NCBI GenBank assembly: GCA_016839605.1
Contig: JAEOTX010000098.1
Span: forward strand, 1-14,806
Length of the DNA stretch: 14,806 nucleotides
Source of the DNA: Candidatus Thorarchaeota archaeon
GTDB lineage: Archaea; Asgardarchaeota; Thorarchaeia; Thorarchaeales; Thorarchaeaceae
Direction: 5' to 3'
Positions 8,419-14,806 of this stretch are shown piece after piece (position 1 is the stretch's first letter; each line of letters starts with the position of its first letter). Position numbers and translations under genes: made by a program. The notes below the pieces were generated by a model. The model was not told the origin of the DNA, ran no database searches, and saw nothing but the letters and a program-made list of their open reading frames with translations.

Positions 8419-9936
8419 TCATTCTATGTCGCGTATGACAAGAGATATGGTGACCGAAGCACGCAGAGTGCAGGAAGTCTCGTTGGAATAAGGCGCAGTG
8501 AAACGATAGTACCAGATGTAGGTTGTTGACCCAGACTTTACATCACCAGATTGTCCCGAGGAACTCGCCCCCTCATTGATGTACATTCCATTCGTTGGGA
8601 GACCATTTCTTTCATTGTCATCCATGTCAAGAAAGTCGTCTAGAGTCATCTCTGAAATTCCATATCCTAATCGCAATGGCGCAGGGCAAACTCCCCAACT
8701 TAGAATTTCAGCTTGTATTGTAACAAGGTTCTCTCTCCCTTGAGGAGCTGCGGGTAAGTAAAACCCTCCTGCTCTCCATTCCCCAAGAGCATGGTCATTG
8801 TCGCTTGTAGGAGTCACAAAAAGAACATGTTCCTCTGGTGGAGGACCCTCCAAGAATGGCAATCTCAGTGTCATCACAGAAGCCAAAATCAGGATTATGA
8901 TCACAACTGTTACAAGGGGCGTTTTGAACGGAAGAAGGCCAGAAAACATTCGTTGGAGAAGTGTCTTTGTTTCAGAGGGTATGGACTCATCTGTATCAGG
9001 AGTGAAGACTGTGGAAACCTCAGTTGAGGAACGCCTCCTTCTCCACATGACGCAGACAGCAATTATGGCTGCAGCTCCTGAGAGCATTAGTGCCCCTTGA
9101 ATAGCCAGAGCTGCCGCAACTGAATATGCAGGACCAAGTTCAATATTCGTGTCTGTGAGTACTAGACGGTAGTCTGCGTAAGAGATGTTGACAAGGCCTA
9201 GGAGTATTCTGTCCGTAATGCTTCCAGAGGCACGGACCAAAAGCCCGCTGTCCGTATCATAGCTTCGTGAATGCCGGACTTCTCCATCCACAGAGTCATA
9301 ATACTTACAGTCGTATTCCTGACATATTTGCCGCTCCCCTTTTACAGTGCAAATTGAGCCTGCGCCTCCAGGTGGTGCTTGCTGTGCAGTGACGTTACGA
9401 TCTAGAGATGAGATGACAAATCCCTCGGAGGACCAGGCGTTTCTAGAAACGAGATTCATTATTCCTGTCTGACCTGCAAGAGACCCATTTCTTATAGTGC
9501 AGACTCCAGTGCTTGGAGAGTAGCTCAACTGGAAAACGCCATCAAAGAAGTGACCAAGGATCGAGGGTCCCTGATATGTGACTCCCATAATGAATACGTC
9601 AGAGGTTTCCTCCTCAACCACATCAAATGTAATTATGATCTCGTGTGTAAGGGCGGGGGTTGACAATACCTCCCGAGATAATATTCCATCTCTGGTGACC
9701 ACTATGCCGTTGGCAAGAGTGTAGTTCCATAACACAACAATCTGAGTACTCAGAGTATACTCAAGGAAGCTGCCCACTTCTAGCGTGGAGAAACTGACCG
9801 TTGGCGAAGATACATCTGAAGTGGCATGTCCAAAGTTCACAAGAGTGGCTGAAAGTGTCAGTAGTAGCATGAGTGCGGTTAATGTGCGCCTCGAGCCGGA
9901 CAAGAATAACCCTTCAGGAGCAGTATGAGTGTGCAT
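8419..9936 (-). CDS. Membrane-anchored surface protein with two extracellular domains
   Basis: 505 aa: signal peptide, ectodomain (…YDTDSGLLV…), TM followed by WRRRR, linker, second TM, second ectodomain. Sequons are present. The true start may be TTG 9903. The stop lies 9 bp from repeat copy 6. Confidence 0.88.
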   Translation of the reverse strand: MHTHTAPEGLFLSGSRRTLTALMLLLTLSATLVNFGHATSDVSSPTVSFSTLEVGSFLEYTLSTQIVVLWNYTLANGIVVTRDGILSREVLSTPALTHEIIITFDVVEEETSDVFIMGVTYQGPSILGHFFDGVFQLSYSPSTGVCTIRNGSLAGQTGIMNLVSRNAWSSEGFVISSLDRNVTAQQAPPGGAGSICTVKGERQICQEYDCKYYDSVDGEVRHSRSYDTDSGLLVRASGSITDRILLGLVNISYADYRLVLTDTNIELGPAYSVAAALAIQGALMLSGAAAIIAVCVMWRRRRSSTEVSTVFTPDTDESIPSETKTLLQRMFSGLLPFKTPLVTVVIIILILASVMTLRLPFLEGPPPEEHVLFVTPTSDNDHALGEWRAGGFYLPAAPQGRENLVTIQAEILSWGVCPAPLRLGYGISEMTLDDFLDMDDNERNGLPTNGMYINEGASSSGQSGDVKSGSTTYIWYYRFTAPYSNETSCTLRASVTISLVIRDIE

Positions 9937-9981
9937 GGATATATGATTTGGCTACATTCGCTTGACAGATGAATGGCTTTC

Positions 9982-10049
9982 CGTTGTAGGAGATGTGCGC
10001 TGCGCGAGCGCGTGACAGGCCCGCAAGCTGGCACATTTTCATTTTCTGA
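9982..10049 (+). repeat. Intergenic hairpin repeat, copy 7 (complete, near consensus)
   Basis: cgttgtaggagatgtgcgctgcgcgagcgcgtgacaggcccgcaagctggcacattttcattttctga. Confidence 0.97.
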
Positions 10050-10129
10050 TCGATTTCCGAGTTGATATTCCTTTGATGCTCTTCCTGCGTTAGTCTTCAT
10101 GTGGCTCATTCCATTTCCGTGCTCATTCA

Positions 10130-11077
10130 TCAGAATAGTGTGAGTCTGAGAGTCATCTCAAAATCATCAACAATGAAGACCTTCGAAGCAGACAGCGTCA
10201 GTTCGTCAATCACAGTATCTGTTACAATCTCAGTATCGTAACTGCAGTAGATAGAGACCCACACTCCGTTCAATGAGAGGGGTATGTCATACAGATACAT
10301 TGTCCGATGTTCAGTGTTGGGATTGATTGTTTCCCCTGCGCCAATCAGACGATTCGCGGAATCCTCAGCATCGAAACGGGTCTCGTAAAAGGAAACATGA
10401 AGGTCGAACTCGTAATCCTTTGGTTCAATCCATATGTCGAGCTGATGTGTAATAGTACCATCGAATGAACCATTGCCAGTCGGACGTGAGAAGAGAAAGC
10501 CAGAGGCCAGTACGACTGCAATCACCACAAGTACGTTCACTTCGGATAGGGTGATGAATCTGAATCTATTCCTAATACTTGTCGCTTCAAATGGATGTTC
10601 CACGAAGGCTTCCCCATTCTCTATGCTGTGTGGTGCAAACCACATGAAGACCATTGCTGCAAAGAGCATCAGGGGAGTTGGAACAGTCAGACCCGGATCC
10701 CAGCGCGTTATTGGAAGGGGGATGCTTTGATAGTACGGCAGTATGAGTAACTCAGCAAGGACTCCCAGCAGGACAGTCAACCTTCGTGAGCTTTTGCCCT
10801 GGTAATATCGAACCATCTGATAGACAAACACGATCCTCCAGACGGTTAATACTAAGGGAGCTATGATTAATAGATACCAATTCAGGTCAGAGAAGCCGTA
10901 GGGAACATAATATGTGTACGTCATGGCCATTATTGTCACACGCCCTGACACAGGTTCTATGTCGACGAGGAATGGTGCAAAGAGAGCAAGCCCTCCCACT
11001 ATGACACACACTACTCTGAGGTCCACCGGAATCTTAGGGGCGCCTGAATGTGTGCTCCCATTTGTCATCTTAATCAC
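10130..11077 (-). CDS. 'RYY' family 4-TM module fused to an extra TM plus beta-rich ectodomain
   Basis: The first ~150 aa align by eye with 3316-3789 (VD..V...I.G..A..AP; I.AM; RIVFVYQMVRYYQGKSSRRLTVLLG.LAEL; T.PTP.M.FA.V.MW..P). The C-terminal ~135 aa are unrelated. Confidence 0.88.
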   Translation of the reverse strand: MIKMTNGSTHSGAPKIPVDLRVVCVIVGGLALFAPFLVDIEPVSGRVTIMAMTYTYYVPYGFSDLNWYLLIIAPLVLTVWRIVFVYQMVRYYQGKSSRRLTVLLGVLAELLILPYYQSIPLPITRWDPGLTVPTPLMLFAAMVFMWFAPHSIENGEAFVEHPFEATSIRNRFRFITLSEVNVLVVIAVVLASGFLFSRPTGNGSFDGTITHQLDIWIEPKDYEFDLHVSFYETRFDAEDSANRLIGAGETINPNTEHRTMYLYDIPLSLNGVWVSIYCSYDTEIVTDTVIDELTLSASKVFIVDDFEMTLRLTLF

Positions 11078-11386
11078 TCTTCATCTTTGTACTTCTTAGC
11101 ATCCTTTAATAGACTGAGTCATAGAACTCCCATCCACACGAATTGCAGCGATACTTCTTCCTCATGCCTGTCGGTGTTGTTTCAAGACCAAGCAGATGCG
11201 CCCTAGCCCCACATCTTGGGCATGGAGAATATTCCTCAAGAGTCAATCAGCCCACTTCTCATATCTTCCAGTGGCATGAATGCCTATGTGTCTTGCGAGT
11301 GCTCGGTCGACATGAATACGATTCTTGCGAAACGCACAAGTGCGATGAACATGGATGACTATACAACAACTGGTGAGGGAGCATAT

Positions 11387-12076
11387 ATGGATGTGCGGTT
11401 CCACCGATCAAGCAAAGCAGCCGCACTGACCCTTGTGATTATACTCATCACAGCTCTTGTTTCAACATGGCTGAATAATCCCAAACCACCAGTATCATGG
11501 GAAAGGCAGAGCGTCGTATCGTATTCAGACGGCTTTTTTGATATATATGTCCCGCCGAGTTTCAATATCACCTATGACGCGGAGGTAAATGACCTTCAGA
11601 ACACAACAAGGATCTATGTGGAAATCAGTTCAGAACTGACGCTGACCCATGGACTGCTCAGCTTTGAGATGGTGTCTGGCTATCACACTCCACATTCAAA
11701 GTATAGTATAACAGATTACCGAGAGGCCACGCTGACTTCAAGCACCTCGCGCGTGAACTGGAATACAACCGCTCACGAGCCCCTGAGCCCTTATTGGTTA
11801 CATTTCCACGGTCTGAATGAAACCAACGAACAAGACCAGATTTTTCCTACTGAGTATACATTGCAGATGATCTGGAACTCATCATTGACCTTAGTTGAAG
11901 AGCGGGACAATGATACGATGTTCATCGCGAACTTGAGCATCTGGATTCATTTCGGTGAATCTCAATACCAAATAGACCCAGCTCTGGTTAGTTTACTACT
12001 CATTGGGGAAGGATCGATTGGAATCGTTGCGATAGTAGGGTTCTACAGGTTTGACAAACCGGTCGTGATAGACTAG
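11387..12076 (+). CDS. Surface glycoprotein-like protein with N- and C-terminal TM helices
   Basis: Start placed at ATG 11387 (MDVRF) behind GGTGAGGGAG; the ORF track extends to 11216. Sequons include NIT, NTT, NET, NSS, NDT and NLS. Confidence 0.85.
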   Translation: MDVRFHRSSKAAALTLVIILITALVSTWLNNPKPPVSWERQSVVSYSDGFFDIYVPPSFNITYDAEVNDLQNTTRIYVEISSELTLTHGLLSFEMVSGYHTPHSKYSITDYREATLTSSTSRVNWNTTAHEPLSPYWLHFHGLNETNEQDQIFPTEYTLQMIWNSSLTLVEERDNDTMFIANLSIWIHFGESQYQIDPALVSLLLIGEGSIGIVAIVGFYRFDKPVVID

Positions 12077-12132
12077 GTCTGGAAATAGGTAAGGCTCGGT
12101 ATTGATTCAAGGGTTATGCAGTGAGAAGATGG

Positions 12133-12190
12133 TGCGGGAGATGCGCGAGCGCGTGACAAGCCCGCGAGCTGGCACATTTTCCTTTTCTGA
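12133..12190 (+). repeat. Intergenic hairpin repeat, copy 8 (7-nt internal deletion)
   Basis: tgcgggagatgcgcgagcgcgtgacaagcccgcgagctggcacattttccttttctga. GATGTGCGCTGCGCG is collapsed to GATGCGCG. Confidence 0.92.
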
Positions 12191-12228
12191 TTACAAACTC
12201 CTGAAACATCTTTTTCATTTTGAGTTAC

Positions 12229-12489
12229 TTAAATGACCCAATTGGGATCAGATCTTCTTCGTGCCCTTTCGAAGCTATAGTATAATGCAAAGACGATCAA
12301 CCCCCAAGTTGCATACAGCAACGAATGCTCTGGATACCAGAATGATGCAGAGCCCACGTATACAAGAAGTGGTCTCCAGAGTGCGATAGCAAAGAGAATT
12401 CCAGAAACGGCCTTCAAAAAGGTCCTGAAGATCCAAGTGTTGTATTTTGGACTATACCAAATCGATTTCATGAAGCACTCATCGAACAA
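12229..12489 (-). CDS. Small 2-TM hypothetical membrane protein
   Basis: 80-86 aa (start TTG 12489 or ATG 12471) with two hydrophobic helices and a basic tail. It fills the interval between copies 8 and 9. Confidence 0.7.
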   Translation of the reverse strand: MFDECFMKSIWYSPKYNTWIFRTFLKAVSGILFAIALWRPLLVYVGSASFWYPEHSLLYATWGLIVFALYYSFERARRRSDPNWVI

Positions 12490-12539
12490 TCAATGTTTCC
12501 TTTACCTATCATCTTTTCGATAGTTTGGACACTATCGTA

Positions 12540-12582
12540 GCGAGCACATGAAAGGCCCGCAAGCTGGCACATTTTTCATTTC
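12540..12582 (+). repeat. Intergenic hairpin repeat, copy 9 (5'-truncated, degenerate)
   Basis: gcgagcacatgaaaggcccgcaagctggcacatttttcatttc. Confidence 0.85.
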
Positions 12583-12669
12583 ACAGAAAATCTGCACCAT
12601 TGACATGTAATTCATCCCATAATCATCTTAGTAAAGATGCGGGATGGATGCCCAGCACATCCAAAAACA

Positions 12670-13320
12670 TCAATCCCACACTTTGTATATCTCGTCAAGA
12701 TCTTCCATGGTGATGAAGAGCTTTCCAACGCAGGACTCTTCGATTTCCTCCTCGATAAACCAAGACTCATCTCTATCTGGGTCTGTCCAGGGGGTGACCA
12801 GTTCTGGGGCGGGGATGCGGTACACAATAAATAGTCCTACTGCAATTTGAATTGGAATGGGCCCGAAATATGGGAGAAGACCTGTTCCAAGCGCCATAGC
12901 GGGATCGAACAGGAATCCGATTACTATCCAGATTATCCCCTGTAAGAACAGAGCAAAGATAGGTGCGATAAATGCAGCAATTGCCCATCTTAAGACGCTG
13001 TCCTTGCTAGTTCTGTCCTGATAGTACCTCACAACTTTCAAAGCAAAGATGACATTGCATATGCCGAGAGGAAACGTGGCCCAGAGGAGAGTAGGGTTGG
13101 AAACTACAGAGTTATGAAGCCCCCAACTCCCGGCACGGGGGCCTAACGCCCAGAGGAGAGAGTATATGAAATCCGGCTCTGGGTATACAAAAGGGTACCC
13201 AAGAACCCACCAACTAGGAAGAACACCATAAGGTGTCAATAGCGTGGAAACACCCATTATCGCAGCTATGACACCTGGACTCACTCCGTACAGGTCGCTG
13301 TAGATATCATCAGTAGTCAT
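12670..13320 (-). CDS. 4-TM membrane protein, 'RYY' paralogue family, acidic tail
   Basis: Start placed at ATG 13320 (MTTDD) behind GAGGGCGG; the ORF-track extension to 13518 merely reads through repeat copy 10. Motifs are TP after TM1, VIFALKVVRYYQDRTS, GPIPIQ and TPW. Confidence 0.85.
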   Translation of the reverse strand: MTTDDIYSDLYGVSPGVIAAIMGVSTLLTPYGVLPSWWVLGYPFVYPEPDFIYSLLWALGPRAGSWGLHNSVVSNPTLLWATFPLGICNVIFALKVVRYYQDRTSKDSVLRWAIAAFIAPIFALFLQGIIWIVIGFLFDPAMALGTGLLPYFGPIPIQIAVGLFIVYRIPAPELVTPWTDPDRDESWFIEEEIEESCVGKLFITMEDLDEIYKVWD

Positions 13321-13465
13321 AGCAGCCAAGCCGCCCTCAGTCCCAATGCAAGGAGGATATCTATGATAAGTCAATCGTTGAGATGAGAGTTGTACAAAAA
13401 GTGAGAGCTCATGACCGTTCATTTGGTTCTTGACAAATAGCAATAATCCCCTGTGATAGAGCTCT

Positions 13466-13530
13466 CGTTGTGGGAGATGTGCGCTGCGCGAGCGCGTGAC
13501 AGGCCCACAAGCTGCCACATTCTCCTTTTC
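13466..13530 (+). repeat. Intergenic hairpin repeat, copy 10 (complete)
   Basis: cgttgtgggagatgtgcgctgcgcgagcgcgtgacaggcccacaagctgccacattctccttttc. Confidence 0.97.
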
Positions 13531-13612
13531 ATAGAATGCTGACTATGAGCTTATGTGTTCACTCTTAGAAAAAGCTATTTTTACACTTAGAAGAAATCTT
13601 ACGAAACTTCTC

Positions 13613-14608
13613 TCAGGAGCTGTAGCGCCTCATCAAATTCAAAAAACCAGAGTCGTTTATCATTCCCAGGAATTTTTCATCTGATAGGACTCGTTGTGTG
13701 AAACTGCTGTCTGCACTGAATACCATTTCGAGAGCCTCCAGAGCTTCCCTCCTTCTTCCTACGTCTTCCAATGCACGAGCCATATTGTATAACGCTCCTG
13801 GATTTCCCGGATCAATTTCAAGTCCTTTCCGTATCTTCCAAATAGCTTCATCAGATCTTCTTGCTTTAATCAGTAGATCGCCATAGAAGAACCAGCCCCT
13901 TGCGTCCTCTGGTTTAATTTCAACACCCTTATCGAGATACTTGAATGCCTCCTCCTCCCTTCCTCTACCATGCAAAAGGGCACTTAGAGCAAGATGGGCA
14001 AAATAATCCTTTGGATCAATCTGAATTATACGCTCATAGATTTCAAGAGCTTCATCTGTTCTTCCCAATTGAGTAAGACAATAAGCCTTGTTCTGTAAAA
14101 CAGCAGGTTCCATTCGTCTTGTGCCTAAGACATCAGCCGATTCTTCAGCCACTTTGTCTAATTCAGGTGCCTTTCTAAGTGCAATATCCATTGCTCTTAT
14201 CGCATATTCGTACTCTTTATTCTGCATCAGCCTGTCTGCCAACTCCATGGCTTTTGGCACATCATCCAGAACTGATGCAACCATCATTGCTTTGATTTTC
14301 GCTGCATCTCTGTGATATGTGTCTATGTTCTGCAACGCAGCTGCCTTCTGAAAGGATACCAATGCTTCATCCATTCTTACAAGGTGTCTGTAGAGCATCC
14401 CCAGATGATACCAAACGTGCCAATTATCAGGAGCTTTCTGACTAGCCTTGACCAATTCTTTTTCAGCTTCTTCATACTTCTCCTTCTGGATGAGCTTGAC
14501 TCCGCGTTTAGCTTGCTTGTCGGATTTGCCCTCTTTCAGGAATTGCTCTTCTCCCTCTCTAGATAGTCTAATCATCTCATCAGTGATTCTCTCAAACTCT
14601 TCCGCCAT
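13613..14608 (-). CDS. Tetratricopeptide repeat (TPR) protein
   Basis: Repeated 34-aa TPR units, e.g. WYHLGMLYRHLVRMDEALVSFQKA, NKAYCLTQLGRTDEALEIYERIIQIDP, WFFYGDLLIKARRSDEAIWKIRKGLEIDP and LYNMARALEDVGRRREALEAL. The start is likely ATG 14608 (MAEEF); the ORF track gives 14752. Confidence 0.92.
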   Translation of the reverse strand: MAEEFERITDEMIRLSREGEEQFLKEGKSDKQAKRGVKLIQKEKYEEAEKELVKASQKAPDNWHVWYHLGMLYRHLVRMDEALVSFQKAAALQNIDTYHRDAAKIKAMMVASVLDDVPKAMELADRLMQNKEYEYAIRAMDIALRKAPELDKVAEESADVLGTRRMEPAVLQNKAYCLTQLGRTDEALEIYERIIQIDPKDYFAHLALSALLHGRGREEEAFKYLDKGVEIKPEDARGWFFYGDLLIKARRSDEAIWKIRKGLEIDPGNPGALYNMARALEDVGRRREALEALEMVFSADSSFTQRVLSDEKFLGMINDSGFLNLMRRYSS

Positions 14609-14771
14609 AGCTTGACCCTTTCCTACTAATGCCCTCAATAACTCTGCTTTCTTATCTCTCTTGTGAGAATCTTGAAACCAAAGGCAACAACACCGAACCA
14701 TCCTATCTGCATCTGCCAGACTCACTGCCCTAGGCCATAATCCTGAGTTCATAACTTTGTGATGAAAGGAA

Positions 14772-14806
14772 GGGAGATGTGCGCTGCGCGAGCGCGTGAC
14801 AGGCCC
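14772..14806 (+). repeat. Intergenic hairpin repeat, copy 11 (cut by window end)
   Basis: gggagatgtgcgctgcgcgagcgcgtgacaggccc is identical to consensus positions 7-41. Confidence 0.95.

Larger units (their letters stand above)
3081..14806. mobile_element. Putative repeat-delimited gene-cassette array (integron-like architecture, non-canonical sites)
   Basis: Eleven direct-orientation repeat copies delimit 10 intervals of ~0.35-2.1 kb, each holding 1-2 accessory genes. Mobility is inferred, since no recombinase is in the window. Confidence 0.55.

Noticed and set aside
9879-10130. ORFs containing the peptide ACGPVTRSRSAHL or its opposite-strand equivalent (also 3065-3265, 7880-8146, 7829-8026 and the 13321-13518 extension)
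   Set aside because: These are translations of the DNA repeat. The frame is not preserved among copies (7-nt deletion, half copies), so it is not a protein repeat.
11190-11220. AGATGCGC…CCACATCT mini-hairpin as a degenerate 12th repeat copy
   Set aside because: Only a few short words match and the central conserved core is absent.
13698-14566. + strand ORFs within the TPR gene, and similar short antisense ORFs in other genes
   Set aside because: They fully overlap better-supported genes on the opposite strand or in another frame.
3081-14806. CRISPR array
   Set aside because: The repeats are ~68 bp, the intervals are 0.35-2.1 kb and gene-containing, and no cas genes are present.
3081-14806. 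Canonical integron attC sites
   Set aside because: No complementary RYYYAAC/GTTRRRY pair bounds the hairpin on either strand. The 5' GTT has no AAC partner, and no intI is in the window.
3081-14806. Classical MITE/IS with terminal inverted repeats and target-site duplications
   Set aside because: The termini (CGTTG… / …TTTTCTGA) are not inverted repeats, I saw no consistent flanking duplication, and there is no transposase.

Overview
Probably archaeal DNA: the protein style and GGAGG/GGTGA-type RBSs suggest an Asgard/Thorarchaeota-like genome, but this is inference only. The left end (1-1831) holds a PadR-family regulator translationally coupled to a HAAS-domain polytopic membrane protein, with a candidate operator upstream. 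From about 2.2 kb to the end lies a run of short accessory genes, almost all membrane or surface proteins, plus one TPR protein. At least four, and possibly six, are diverged paralogues of one 4-TM family. These genes are separated by 11 co-oriented copies (complete, degenerate or half) of a ~68-bp GC-rich imperfect hairpin. Its consensus is CGTTGTGGGAGATGTGCGCTGCGCGAGCGCGTGACAGGCCCGCAAGCTGGCACATTTTCCTTTTCTGA. Each interval between copies holds 1-2 genes. The layout resembles an integron cassette array, but the site lacks canonical attC core boxes and no recombinase is present in the window. It is a candidate undescribed gene-cassette capture or shuffling system.
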